Shown here: piece after piece, positions 36,073-45,630 of the stretch
Numbering within the stretch: the first letter of the stretch is position 1
How the letters are laid out: every line of letters starts with the position of its first letter
NCBI GenBank assembly: GCA_025935925.1
Contig: JAICUI010000004.1
Location: 24,138 to 88,137, forward strand
Origin: Chloroflexota bacterium
GTDB lineage: Bacteria; Chloroflexota; Limnocylindria; Limnocylindrales; CSP1-4
Direction: 5' to 3'
Length of the DNA: 64,000 bases
The notes under the pieces: generated by a model
Database searches by the model: none
What the model saw: only the letters and a program-made list of their open reading frames with translations
Told to the model about the DNA's origin: nothing
Made by a program: the position numbers and the translations under genes

Positions 36073-37407
36073 CTAGGGCTCCTCCTCCGAGCCCGGCTCG
36101 GACGCCGGCACCTCGTGGACGACGAGGACCTTGCCGACCCGGCGCCCGTCGGTCGATTCGACCGTCAGCCGCAGCCCGTCGACCTGGATCTCGTCGCCCG
36201 GGGTCGGGACCCCGCCGATGCGGTGGTAGACGAGGCCGCCGACGGTGTCGTACTCCGAGTCGTCCTCGAGCTGGGTCTTGATGTCCCACAGCTCGAGCAG
36301 GTCCTCGACCGAGGCCCGCCCGTCGACCCGCGCGCGGTCGTCGCCGATGCGCTCGACGAGCGGCTCCTCCTCGTCGTACTCGTCCTGGATCTCGCCGACG
36401 ATCTCCTCGAGCAGGTCCTCGATCGTCACGAGGCCGGCGGTGCCGCCGTACTCGTCGAGCACGATCGCGATGTGGACCTTGCGGCGCTGGAACTCGTGGA
36501 GCAGATCGTCGATCGACATCGACTCGGGCACGAACACCGGCGTCCGGAGCAGCGACCGGAGCGCCGGCCGCGAGGCGCTGCTCGTCTTGAGGAACGGCAG
36601 GAGGTCCTTCGCGTACAGGATCCCGACGATCTCGTCGTTCGACGTCTCGTACACGGGCACCCGGGAGTGGCCCTCCTCGACGAGCAGGTCGATCGCCTCG
36701 TCGATGGTCGCGGAGGCCGGCAGCGACACGATCGCGATCCGGGGCACCATCACCTCGTGGAGGCGGCGGTCGCCGAGCTCGATGACCGCGTTGATCATCT
36801 GCTCCTCCTCCGCCTCGAGGACGCCCTGCTCGCCGCCGCGCTCCACGATCAGGCGCAGCTCCTCGGCGGTGATCTGGACGTCGGTCGACACGTCCGCACC
36901 GAGCAGCCTGGCGACCCAGCGCGTCGTCCCGGTCAGGAACATCACGACCGGGCCGAACAGCCGGGCGAGGAACTCGACGGGCGCGGCGAGCGTCAGCGCG
37001 AACCGCTCGGCGTTGGCGAGCGCGAGCGTCTTGGGCACGAGCTCCGCGAACACGATCGTGAACATGGCGAGGATCACCGTCACGATGACCAGCGCGACCA
37101 CGCTCGCGGTCCCCGCGTCGAGGCCGGCGGACGCGAGCACCCCCGCGAGGCCGTCGGCGAGGCTCACGGCGGCGTACGCGGACGCCAGGAACCCGATGAA
37201 CGTCAGGCCGAGCTGGCTCACCGCGAGGAACCGCCCGGGCTCGCTCACGAGCTTCTGCACGCGCCGCGCGCCGGGCCGGCCCTCCTCGACCAGCTGCTCG
37301 ACGCGGCTGCGCCGGATGGAGACCAGCGCGATCTCGGCGGCGACGAAGAAGGCCTCGAACAGGGTCAGGACGAGCAGGAACAGGATCTCGCCGATCGGCA
37401 GGTTCAC
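36073..37407 (-). CDS. CNNM/DUF21-CBS-CorC_HlyC family protein (hemolysin/TlyC-like)
   Basis: GTG 37407 overlaps the glmU stop (GTGA). TM-rich N-terminus, a CBS pair and a CorC C-terminal domain (DTVGGLVYHRIGGVPTPGDEI). Confidence 0.88.
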   Translation of the reverse strand: MNLPIGEILFLLVLTLFEAFFVAAEIALVSIRRSRVEQLVEEGRPGARRVQKLVSEPGRFLAVSQLGLTFIGFLASAYAAVSLADGLAGVLASAGLDAGTASVVALVIVTVILAMFTIVFAELVPKTLALANAERFALTLAAPVEFLARLFGPVVMFLTGTTRWVARLLGADVSTDVQITAEELRLIVERGGEQGVLEAEEEQMINAVIELGDRRLHEVMVPRIAIVSLPASATIDEAIDLLVEEGHSRVPVYETSNDEIVGILYAKDLLPFLKTSSASRPALRSLLRTPVFVPESMSIDDLLHEFQRRKVHIAIVLDEYGGTAGLVTIEDLLEEIVGEIQDEYDEEEPLVERIGDDRARVDGRASVEDLLELWDIKTQLEDDSEYDTVGGLVYHRIGGVPTPGDEIQVDGLRLTVESTDGRRVGKVLVVHEVPASEPGSEEEP

Positions 37408-38807
37408 CCGCCGTCGTCCTCGGGGCTCCGCCGCGGATGCGGGTCGCGCAGCCGCGCCGGGACGCCGACCGCGAGCTTGCCCGCCGGGACGTCCTTCGTG
37501 ACGACCGCGCCCGCGCCGGTCTTCGCACCGTCGCCGAGGGTCACCGGCGCGCGGAGCATCGTGTCGACGCCCAGGAACACGCCTTCGCCGATCGTCGTCC
37601 GGTGCTTGCGCACACCGTCGTAGTTGGCGGTGATCGTGCCCGCGCCGACGTTCGTGTCGTCCCCCAGCTCGGCGTCGCCGAGGTAGCTCATGTGGTGCTG
37701 GCGGACGTGCTCGCCGAGGCGCGTGTTCTTGAGCTCGGCGTAGTTGCCGATCTCGCTGTGGCGGCCGACGTGCGTCCCGGGCCGAAGATGGCTGAACGGC
37801 CCGATCGTGACGTGGTCCTCGACGGTCGAGCGCTCGACGATGCTCGCCCAGACGGCGGAATCCGGGCCGATCTCCGCGTCCACGAGCTGCGACCCCGCCC
37901 CGATCCGCGTCCGCTCCCCCACCCGCGTCGCGCCGCGGAGGATGACGTTGGGCTCGAGCACGACGTCCTGCGCGAGCTCGACGCCGTGGTCGAGGTACAC
38001 GGTCGAGGGGTCGACCATCGTGACGCCGGCGCGCATCCAGCGGTCGTTGACCTCGACCCGCATGTCCCACTCGGCCCGGGCGAGCTGGGCGCGGTCGTTG
38101 ATCCCGGTGAGGCGCCCGTCGTCCTCGACCTCGAGCGCCGCCACGAGCCGGCCGTCGTCCCGCGCGAACGCGACGAGATCGGTCAGATACAGCTCGCCGG
38201 TCGCGGCGGACGGGCGCAGGTCGCCGATGCGGCGCCGGACCCACGTGGCGTCGATCGCGTACAGGCCCGCGTTGATCTCGGACACGCCGCGCTCGTCGTC
38301 GGTGGCGTCCTTGTCCTCGACGATCCGCTCGACCGTGCCGCCGTCGTTGCGCAGCACCCGGCCGAGACCGGTCGGGTCCACCGCGTCGACGGACACCAGC
38401 GCGAGCGCCGCGTGATCCATGGCGCGCGCCTCGAGCAGGCTCGTCAGGAGGTCGCCGCGGACGAGCGGGACGTCGCCCGAGACGACGAGGACCTCCTCCA
38501 CGCCGTCCTCGAGCGCGGCGAGCGCCGTGGCGAGCGCGTCGCCCGTCCCTCGCGGTTCGGCCTGGACGGTGACGTCGGCCCGGTCGGCGATCTCGGCGCG
38601 GACGGCTTCGGTGGCGGGCGAGACGACGACGAGCGGCGGCGACCCGGTCGCGGCGATCGCGGCGTCCAGGACGTACTGGATCATCGGCCGGCCGCACAGC
38701 GGGTGGAGGACCTTGGGCGTCGTCGACTTCATCCGCGTGCCGAGCCCGGCGGCCAGGACGACGGCCACGGTGCGGCGCGGAGCGGCGTCGGGACTTGAGG
38801 GGGTCAC
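37404..38807 (-). CDS. glmU: Bifunctional UDP-N-acetylglucosamine diphosphorylase / glucosamine-1-phosphate N-acetyltransferase
   Basis: VVLAAGLGTRMKSTTPKVLHPLCGRPM plus C-terminal left-handed beta-helix hexapeptides. The start is uncertain: GTG 38807 was chosen and GTG 38837 is also in frame. Confidence 0.88.
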   Translation of the reverse strand: MTPSSPDAAPRRTVAVVLAAGLGTRMKSTTPKVLHPLCGRPMIQYVLDAAIAATGSPPLVVVSPATEAVRAEIADRADVTVQAEPRGTGDALATALAALEDGVEEVLVVSGDVPLVRGDLLTSLLEARAMDHAALALVSVDAVDPTGLGRVLRNDGGTVERIVEDKDATDDERGVSEINAGLYAIDATWVRRRIGDLRPSAATGELYLTDLVAFARDDGRLVAALEVEDDGRLTGINDRAQLARAEWDMRVEVNDRWMRAGVTMVDPSTVYLDHGVELAQDVVLEPNVILRGATRVGERTRIGAGSQLVDAEIGPDSAVWASIVERSTVEDHVTIGPFSHLRPGTHVGRHSEIGNYAELKNTRLGEHVRQHHMSYLGDAELGDDTNVGAGTITANYDGVRKHRTTIGEGVFLGVDTMLRAPVTLGDGAKTGAGAVVTKDVPAGKLAVGVPARLRDPHPRRSPEDDGG

Positions 38808-38928
38808 TGGCTGGGGCGCCGCGAGGTTCGCGGCCACGCGGCCGCCGGTGGAGCGGCGCCGTCGCCCTGCAGGTCGTGCGTGATCGTCATCGGTGAGGCG
38901 CCGATTCTGGGGTGGGTCACGGGGGGTG

Positions 38929-39423
38929 TCAACCGACCGAGCCGCCGCGGGCCGCCTCCAGGACGCGCCGGGCCTGGTCCGCGTGATCCCACGGATGGTC
39001 GGCGTAGTCGCGAAGCCACGCCTCCACCCCATAGGGTCCCTGCTCGCCGTGCGTGCCCGTTCGCGCCCAATCGGCGTCGTCGAGGTGCTCGAGGACCTGG
39101 AGTGACGCGGCGCGCACCGCCGTCGCGGCCGCGATCGACGGCGCGATGTCGCGCGCGCCGTACGACAGCCGGCGGCTGAACTCCATCTCGTCGTAGCCGT
39201 CGAGCCGGGGGTCGTCCTCGGCGACCAGCCGGCGCAGCCGGACCGCGGACGTGATCTCGCTGTCGGCGAGGTGGTGGCAGATCTCGCGGACGGTCCACTC
39301 GTCGGGGAACGGCCGGACGTCGAGCTCGGCGTCGCTCAGCCGCGCGACGACCGAGGTGAACGCCGCCGCGCCGTCGCGATACCGCTCGAGCAGCCGGGCG
39401 CGCTCGTCGGTGCCCATCGTCAT
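38929..39423 (-). CDS. DinB family protein
   Basis: ATG 39423 overlaps the ridA stop (ATGA). WTVREICHHLADSE and DHPWDHADQ His motifs. Confidence 0.75.
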   Translation of the reverse strand: MTMGTDERARLLERYRDGAAAFTSVVARLSDAELDVRPFPDEWTVREICHHLADSEITSAVRLRRLVAEDDPRLDGYDEMEFSRRLSYGARDIAPSIAAATAVRAASLQVLEHLDDADWARTGTHGEQGPYGVEAWLRDYADHPWDHADQARRVLEAARGGSVG

Positions 39424-39809
39424 CGTCCCGCCCGCCTCGCGACGACCTCGATCTCGACCCGGGCGCCCTTGGGCAGCGCCGCGACCCCGATCGTCGACCG
39501 CGCGGGCGGCGGGTCGGGCATCACGGCGCCGTACACCGCGTTGACGGCGGCGAAGTCGCCGATGTCGGCGAGGAAGATCGTCGTCTTGGCGACGTCCGCC
39601 CACGCGACTCCGGCTGCGTCGAGCACCGCCGCGAGGTTGCGCAGCGCGCGCTCGGCCTGCGCCTCCACGCCGCCCTCGACGAGCTCGCCGGTGTCGGGAT
39701 CCAGCCCCAGCTGGCCGCTGCAGAAGACGACGCCGTCGGCGTCGATCGCCTGGCTGTACGGGCCGAGGGCGGCGGGCGCACCGCCCGTGGAGATCGCGTT
39801 GCGGGTCAT
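39420..39809 (-). CDS. ridA: RidA/YjgF family reactive-intermediate deaminase
   Basis: ATG 39809 overlaps the ispE stop (ATGA). APAALGPYSQAI..VFCSGQLGLDP..ARSTIGVAALPKGARVEIE. Confidence 0.88.
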   Translation of the reverse strand: MTRNAISTGGAPAALGPYSQAIDADGVVFCSGQLGLDPDTGELVEGGVEAQAERALRNLAAVLDAAGVAWADVAKTTIFLADIGDFAAVNAVYGAVMPDPPPARSTIGVAALPKGARVEIEVVARRAGR

Positions 39810-40852
39810 GGCTCCCTCCGCTGCGCGTCGCGCGCCGTGGTGGTGGACGACAGGATGCGGGCAGCCGTCACGAACGGCGGCAGCGGCCCGGGCGCGGGCA
39901 GCTCGCCGGCGTCCGACGCCGCGCGCACGGCCTCGGCCGCGGCCTCCGCCTCGGCATGGGAAGGATAGAGCGCCCAGTGCGTCGGCCCCGACCCCGACAC
40001 GCCGATCGGCCGGCGCAGCAGGCGGATGAGCGCGCGCCGGAACGGCACGAGCCCGGGTTCCACGACCGCGCTCGCCGGCGCGAGGTCGTTGGCGGCGGCG
40101 AGGACCGCCGCGCGCGCGACGAGGTCCGCGACACGCAGGCCACGCCGCAGCTCGTCGGCGAGGTGCTGCGAGGCGAGACGCGCGGCGCCGGCGCCGGGGC
40201 GAGCGCCGGCGTCCCACGCGGCGAACGCGGCGGGCGTCGGCACGCCGCACGAGGGCGTCACGAGCAGGATCCCCGGTCGGTCGTGGGCCGCGTCCGCGTC
40301 CCGCAGCCACGGCAGCGGCGTCACCCGCTCGCCGCGGCCCTCGACGAGCGCGGGACCCTCGGCGAGGAAGAACGGGACGTCGGAGCCGAGCCGCGCCGCG
40401 AGCGCCCGGCGTGCCGCGTCGTCGAGCGCGACGCCCCACGCCTCGAGCGCCGCGTCGGCCGCCGACGCCGCGTCCGACGACCCGCCGGCGAGCCCGGCGG
40501 CGACCGGGATCCGCTTGTCGAGCCGCGCGGCGAGCGGCGGCGGCGGTTCCGGGCGGCCCCACGCCGCCCGGGCGGCGTCGCGCGCGGCGGCGATCGCGCG
40601 CAGGACGAGGTTGTCGGAGACGGGGCCCGGGTCGTGGCCGACGACGTGCAGCGTGTCGGTGCGACCGGGCGGCAGCACCGCGAGCGAGAGCCGGTCGGCG
40701 ACGTCCACGGGCACCATCACGCTGTGGAGGTCGTGGAACCCGTCCCGGCGCGTGTCGAGCACGGCGAGGGTCAGGTTGACCTTCGCCGGCGCCAGGCGCA
40801 CGACGGGCTCGAGCCGGCGGCTCGGGTCGGTGGGCGTCGCGGGGCTCGTCAC
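39806..40852 (-). CDS. ispE: 4-(cytidine 5'-diphospho)-2-C-methyl-D-erythritol kinase
   Basis: 348 aa. APAKVNLTLAV and the GHMP motif IPVAAGLAGGSSDAAS. GTGA overlap with rsmA. Confidence 0.88.
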   Translation of the reverse strand: MTSPATPTDPSRRLEPVVRLAPAKVNLTLAVLDTRRDGFHDLHSVMVPVDVADRLSLAVLPPGRTDTLHVVGHDPGPVSDNLVLRAIAAARDAARAAWGRPEPPPPLAARLDKRIPVAAGLAGGSSDAASAADAALEAWGVALDDAARRALAARLGSDVPFFLAEGPALVEGRGERVTPLPWLRDADAAHDRPGILLVTPSCGVPTPAAFAAWDAGARPGAGAARLASQHLADELRRGLRVADLVARAAVLAAANDLAPASAVVEPGLVPFRRALIRLLRRPIGVSGSGPTHWALYPSHAEAEAAAEAVRAASDAGELPAPGPLPPFVTAARILSSTTTARDAQRREP

Positions 40853-41730
40853 CGCGTCGCCGGCAGGTCGCCGAGCGCGTCGGCGAGCGCGATCCAGTCC
40901 CCCACGGCCACGGTCTGCGGACGCCGGTCACGCGCGATGCCGGTCGCCTCGAGCGCCGCGTCGACCCGCTCGGGCGGCACCGGGAGCTGGCGGGTCAGGA
41001 CGTTGTGGAGCATCTTCCGGCGCTCGCGGAACGCCGCCTGGACGACCCGCCACAGCCGGTCCTCGGCCGCGGCGTCGAGCCGGTCGTCGCCCGGGTACGG
41101 ATCGAGCACGAGGACGGCCGACTCGACCTTCGGCGGCGGCTCGAACGCGTCGCGCGGGACGCGGAACGCGACGCGCGCCTTGGCGTGGTACTGCACGAAC
41201 ACGGACAGGTAGCTCATGTCGCCGGGTGCTGCCGCCACCCGCTCGGCGACCTCGCGCTGGACCATGAGGACGAGGCGTTCCGCGCGCGGCGCCTCCCCCA
41301 GCAGCCGGTGCAGGATCGGGCTCGTGATGTGGTACGGCAGGTTCGCGACGACCTCGTAGGGCGGCTCCACGAGGCGGACGAGGTCCTGGTCGAGCGCGTC
41401 ACCCTCGACCACCCGCAGCTGGCCCGTGTCGAGCTCGCCCGGGTACGTCTCCTTCAAAACCGCGACGAGTCCCCGGTCGAGCTCGACGGCGGTCACGGCT
41501 GCGCCCGCCGCGAGCAGCCCGCCGGTCAGGAACCCGAGGCCGGGCCCGATCTCCAGCACGCCGCGCGCCGGGCCGGGGTCCGCCTCACGCAGGACGCCCT
41601 CGAGGACCTCGACGTCGGCGAGGAAGTTCTGTGACAGATTGTGGCGCGGGCGGAGCCCCGCCTCGCGCAGGCGCCGCTGGACGAACCGGGGATCGAGCCG
41701 CAGGTCGCCGGCGCGCGGCGTCCCCGTCAT
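40849..41730 (-). CDS. rsmA: 16S rRNA (adenine1518/1519-N6)-dimethyltransferase
   Basis: ATG 41730 overlaps the tsaD stop (ATGA). NLSQNFL, VLEIGPGLGFLT and VVANLPYHITSPIL motifs. Confidence 0.9.
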   Translation of the reverse strand: MTGTPRAGDLRLDPRFVQRRLREAGLRPRHNLSQNFLADVEVLEGVLREADPGPARGVLEIGPGLGFLTGGLLAAGAAVTAVELDRGLVAVLKETYPGELDTGQLRVVEGDALDQDLVRLVEPPYEVVANLPYHITSPILHRLLGEAPRAERLVLMVQREVAERVAAAPGDMSYLSVFVQYHAKARVAFRVPRDAFEPPPKVESAVLVLDPYPGDDRLDAAAEDRLWRVVQAAFRERRKMLHNVLTRQLPVPPERVDAALEATGIARDRRPQTVAVGDWIALADALGDLPATR

Positions 41731-42794
41731 CGCGCGAGGGGCAGCGATGGCCGGGCGTCCAGGACGAGCCCCGCGCGCACGCCGGCGGCGAGCCGGCGGG
41801 CGCCGGCCGCGCCGATCATCGCGCCGTTGTCGGTGCACAGGCCGGGACGCGGGATCACCATCGCGATGCCCCGCGCCTCCGCCTCGCCGGCGATCCGCGC
41901 GCGGAGCGCCGCATTCGCCGCGACGCCGCCGCCGAGCACGATCCCGCGGGCGCCGATCGCCTCCGCCGCCCGGATCGTCTTGGTCGCGAGCACGTCGACC
42001 ACGGAGTCCTGGAAGCCCCACGCGAGCTCCGCGACCACGGGGTCCGCGAGCGTGCCGCCCTCGCGCTCGTCGGCCGGCAGCCCCTCGTCGGTCCGTGCCC
42101 GCGCGACGATCCGACGCGCCGCGGTCTTGAGCCCCGAGAAGCTGAGGTCGTACGTGTCCGGCAGCCACGCGCGCGGAAAGACGCGATCGTGGGCCACCGC
42201 CGTGTCGGCCGCCTTCGAGATCGCCGGGCCGCCCGGATAGCCGAGGCCGAGCAGCCGCCCGACCTTGTCGAACGCCTCGCCCGCGGCGTCGTCGACGGTC
42301 GTGCCCAGCAGCCGGTAGTCGAGGTGATCGCGCATCTCGACGAGGAACGTGTGCCCGCCGGACACGACGAGCGCGACGAGCGGGAACGGCGGCGCCTCCT
42401 TGTCCGCCTCGCCCGGGTCGAGCAGCCAGCCGGCGTACACGTGCCCCTCGAGGTGGTTCACCGGGACGAGCGGCTTGCCGTGCGCCCACGCGAGCGTCTT
42501 CGCGAAGTTGATCCCGACGAGCAGCGAGCCGGCGAGGCCCGGGCCGTACGTGACGGCCACCGCGTCGACGTCGTCCATCGTGACGCCGGCCGTCGCCATC
42601 GCCTCGTCGAGCACGGGCACGATCCAGCGCAGGTGCGCACGGGCCGCGACCTCCGGCACGATCCCGCCCGTCGGGGCGTGGAGCGCGACCTGGCTCGCGA
42701 CGACGTTGGCGTGGACCCGCCGGCCGTCCTCGACCAGGGCGACGCCGGTCTCGTCGCACGACGATTCGACCGCGAGCAGCAGCGGGCCGCTCAT
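41727..42794 (-). CDS. tsaD: tRNA N6-adenosine threonylcarbamoyltransferase
   Basis: 355 aa. LLLAVESSCDETGVALV and GGVAAN motifs. Confidence 0.92.
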   Translation of the reverse strand: MSGPLLLAVESSCDETGVALVEDGRRVHANVVASQVALHAPTGGIVPEVAARAHLRWIVPVLDEAMATAGVTMDDVDAVAVTYGPGLAGSLLVGINFAKTLAWAHGKPLVPVNHLEGHVYAGWLLDPGEADKEAPPFPLVALVVSGGHTFLVEMRDHLDYRLLGTTVDDAAGEAFDKVGRLLGLGYPGGPAISKAADTAVAHDRVFPRAWLPDTYDLSFSGLKTAARRIVARARTDEGLPADEREGGTLADPVVAELAWGFQDSVVDVLATKTIRAAEAIGARGIVLGGGVAANAALRARIAGEAEARGIAMVIPRPGLCTDNGAMIGAAGARRLAAGVRAGLVLDARPSLPLAR

Positions 42795-43387
42795 CCCGGG
42801 CCACCGGGCGGAAGGCGGACGCCGGCGTCGCCGGGCGCGTCCTCGTCATCGGGCACCGGGCTCGGGGCCGGGGCGTCGTCCAGCTCGTGCCGGAGCCGCT
42901 CAGTCCGCGCGCGCATCGCGGGCTCGGCGAGCGGCTCGGTCGTCATGATCAGCGCGTCCTCCTGGTTGTCGCTGTAGTAGCGCGGCCGGATGCCCACGGG
43001 CCGGAAACCGTACTTCTCGTACAGCCGCCGCGCGGCGAGGTTCGACAGCCGCACCTCCAGTGTCGCCTCGCGCGCGTGACGGTCGAGCGCGAGGTCCAAC
43101 AGCGACAGCAGCAGCCGCTCCCCGATCCGCCGGCGGCGGTAGCGCGGATGGACCGCGAACGTCGTGATGTGCGCCTCGTCGACCATGAGCCAGATGCCGC
43201 CGTACGCGACGATCTCGCCGGCGAGCGTCGCGACGAGGTAATGGGCGAGCCGGTTGCCCTCGAGCTCCTGGCGGTACGCGTGCGGCGGCCACGGCGTCGT
43301 GAACGAGGCACGCTCGATGAGCTGGACGGACGGCAGGTCCGCCGCCGACATCGGGCGGATCCGCAGCACCCGCGTGTCGACGGTCAC
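42791..43387 (-). CDS. rimI: Ribosomal-protein-alanine N-acetyltransferase with about 50-aa acidic/Pro C-terminal tail
   Basis: 198 aa. GNAT motif HPRYRRRRIGERLL..ARRLYEKYGF. Confidence 0.85.
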   Translation of the reverse strand: MTVDTRVLRIRPMSAADLPSVQLIERASFTTPWPPHAYRQELEGNRLAHYLVATLAGEIVAYGGIWLMVDEAHITTFAVHPRYRRRRIGERLLLSLLDLALDRHAREATLEVRLSNLAARRLYEKYGFRPVGIRPRYYSDNQEDALIMTTEPLAEPAMRARTERLRHELDDAPAPSPVPDDEDAPGDAGVRLPPGGPG

Positions 43388-44070
43388 GAGGAGCCCCCCG
43401 TCACCTCGACGGCGTCGTCGGGCAGCTTCGCGCGGACGCCGCGCGGCAGCGTCACGTACTCGGGCACGAGACGCGCGAGGTCGTCGGCGTCGCCCGCGGC
43501 GAGCCGGGCCGCGCCGGCGGCCAGCAGCGCGGCGGCGAGCTCGTCCCGCGCGGCGTGGCCGAGCGCGACGGCGTCGTCGGGCGCGCGTCCCTCGAGATCG
43601 ACGGCGACCAGCCGCTCCCCCGGCCGCAGCTCGGGATCCGTACCTCCCGGGAGGATCCGCGACGGCTCGCCCGGGCGGCTAAGGACGCGGTCCGAGAGAC
43701 CCGCGGGCTGGACCAGGGCGACGGTCGCGCCGTCCGCGGCACGCGCTCCGGCGGCGAGCAGCGCCGACCCGGTCGCGACGCCGGCGATCGGCAGCTCGAG
43801 CGCGTGCGCCAGCGCCTTGGCCGTCGCGATCCCGACCCGCAGCCCCGTGAAGGCGCCGGGCCCCGTCCCGACGACGACGCCGCCGAGCCCCGCGGGAGGG
43901 GTGCCTCGGTCGCGCAGCAGGTCCTCGATCCTCGCGAGGAGCTCCTCGCCGTGCCGGTACCCGGCGGTCCACGAGCGGGCCTCGAGCACGCCATCGTCGG
44001 CCGCGCCGAGCGCGACCACCGCCTGGGTCGTCGCCGTGTCGATGACGAGGATGGGGCCGCCGGGCGTCAT
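43384..44070 (-). CDS. tsaB: tRNA threonylcarbamoyladenosine biosynthesis protein TsaB
   Basis: ATG 44070 overlaps the tsaE stop (ATGA). ILVIDTATTQAVVAL and VVVGTGPGAFTGLRVG motifs. Confidence 0.88.
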   Translation of the reverse strand: MTPGGPILVIDTATTQAVVALGAADDGVLEARSWTAGYRHGEELLARIEDLLRDRGTPPAGLGGVVVGTGPGAFTGLRVGIATAKALAHALELPIAGVATGSALLAAGARAADGATVALVQPAGLSDRVLSRPGEPSRILPGGTDPELRPGERLVAVDLEGRAPDDAVALGHAARDELAAALLAAGAARLAAGDADDLARLVPEYVTLPRGVRAKLPDDAVEVTGGSS

Positions 44071-44537
44071 GCGGCGTCCAGGTACCGTCCGTACGCGGGG
44101 TCGGCGGACCGCAGGATGATCGTTCGCGGCTCGTCGCCCGTCCCGTCGATGACCACGTCGAGCCGCGCGACCGGCAGCGCCTCGCCCAGGCGCTCCGCCC
44201 ATTCGACCAGGGCGACACCCTCGAGCTGGCGCTCGTCGAGGAGGCCGCCCGCGAGCGCGTCGGCGGCATCGTCGAGCCGGTACAGGTCGACGTGGAACAT
44301 CGGGAGCCGGCCGGCGTACTCGCTCATGAGCACGAACGTGGGCGAGCTCACGATGTCGGTGATCCCGAGCCCCTCCGCGAACCCCTTGGCGAGCTGCGTC
44401 TTGCCGGCGCCGAGGTCGCCGAGCAGGCACAGCAGGTCGCCGGGCTGCGCGACGGACGCCAGGCGGGCGCCGAGCGCGCGGGTCTCGCGGGCGTCGCTCG
44501 TCGTCACGACGCGCTCGGTTCGGAGTGAGGCGGGCAT
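44067..44537 (-). CDS. tsaE: tRNA threonylcarbamoyladenosine biosynthesis ATPase TsaE
   Basis: ATG 44537 inside ORF 44067..44759. Walker A GDLGAGKTQLAKG, SPTFVLMSEY and HVDLYRL. Confidence 0.88.
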   Translation of the reverse strand: MPASLRTERVVTTSDARETRALGARLASVAQPGDLLCLLGDLGAGKTQLAKGFAEGLGITDIVSSPTFVLMSEYAGRLPMFHVDLYRLDDAADALAGGLLDERQLEGVALVEWAERLGEALPVARLDVVIDGTGDEPRTIILRSADPAYGRYLDAA

Positions 44538-44607
44538 CCACGCGAGGGTAGCCGAAATCCCGCTGGCGACGGCTCCCACGAGCCTCGCTACGGCCGCCCG
44601 AGCGCGA

Positions 44608-45630
44608 TCAGGCGAAGCGCTCGAGGTCGCCGATCGCGACGTCGACCGGCGCCTCGCCGTCAGCCGCCACCCACGCGGCGTCGAGCTGGACGTTCGCGGC
44701 GTACCGGCGTGGTCCCGCGAGCCCGACGATCCGTCCCTCGAGGCCGGCGTGCGGGCCACCCCGCACGCGCACCCAGTCCGGATCGGGCAGCGGCAGGTCG
44801 TCGGGCGCCTCGTCGAACACGAGCGCGGGCGGGTCGACGAGGAGCGCCACGTGCGTCCCGGCGAGTCGCTCGAGGATCGTCGTCACCGGCCCCGGGATCG
44901 GACGCCGCACCGCGCCTTCCAGCGCGAGCACCGCGAACGGCGGCACGGCATGCAGCGACGCGCGCTGGCGTCGCTCGGAGGCCTGGAAGTCGCGCAGCTC
45001 CTTGCCGGGCAGCGCTGCGACGACGATGCCGCGGACGCCCATCGCGCGGGCCCTCGTGAGCGCCTCGGCATCGATCCGCGACCCGACGACGAGGATGCTG
45101 CCGGCGCGACCGACGTCGATGCCGCCCGGCCGCAGCTCGCCGAAGGGATCCGTCGCGAGCTCGAGCGGCCCGTGCGCCGAGGCGCCGGCCGACAACGCGC
45201 CGCGGATCGCCGGCCCCGCGGCACGGATCCGGAGCTCGGCGCCCGGGACGACCGCGCTGACCTCGCCGCGCAGCGGGGACGACAGCTGGACGCGGTGCTC
45301 GCCGGTGGCGAGACGCCAGCGATCGCTCCGGCCCGGTAGCGGCGCGAGCAGCTCGCCGTCGGCGGCGGTCTCGTTCCGTCGCCGCGAGGCGGGCGGCGAC
45401 CAACGCGAGCCGACCACCGGCGCGGTCACGGCCGCCGAACCTGCGGCGACCTTCACGTCCACCTCCGCGATCCGCCGGTCGCGGACGTGCTCGACGATCG
45501 GATCGCCCGCGTCGACCCAGGCACCCGTGACGACGAGCGGCCGGTCGCCGGGCGGCAGCGGGATGCGCGCTTCGAGGCCCCGCTCGAGCAGCGTCCGCGC
45601 CGGCACTGCGGCGAGCGTCTCGGGGTTCAC
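44608..45630 (-). CDS. Hypothetical protein (340 aa), third gene of a coupled trio
   Basis: GTG 45630 overlaps the upstream stop (GTGA). No family recognised. Coding is supported by coupling and by the amino-acid composition of the chosen frame. Confidence 0.6.
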   Translation of the reverse strand: MNPETLAAVPARTLLERGLEARIPLPPGDRPLVVTGAWVDAGDPIVEHVRDRRIAEVDVKVAAGSAAVTAPVVGSRWSPPASRRRNETAADGELLAPLPGRSDRWRLATGEHRVQLSSPLRGEVSAVVPGAELRIRAAGPAIRGALSAGASAHGPLELATDPFGELRPGGIDVGRAGSILVVGSRIDAEALTRARAMGVRGIVVAALPGKELRDFQASERRQRASLHAVPPFAVLALEGAVRRPIPGPVTTILERLAGTHVALLVDPPALVFDEAPDDLPLPDPDWVRVRGGPHAGLEGRIVGLAGPRRYAANVQLDAAWVAADGEAPVDVAIGDLERFA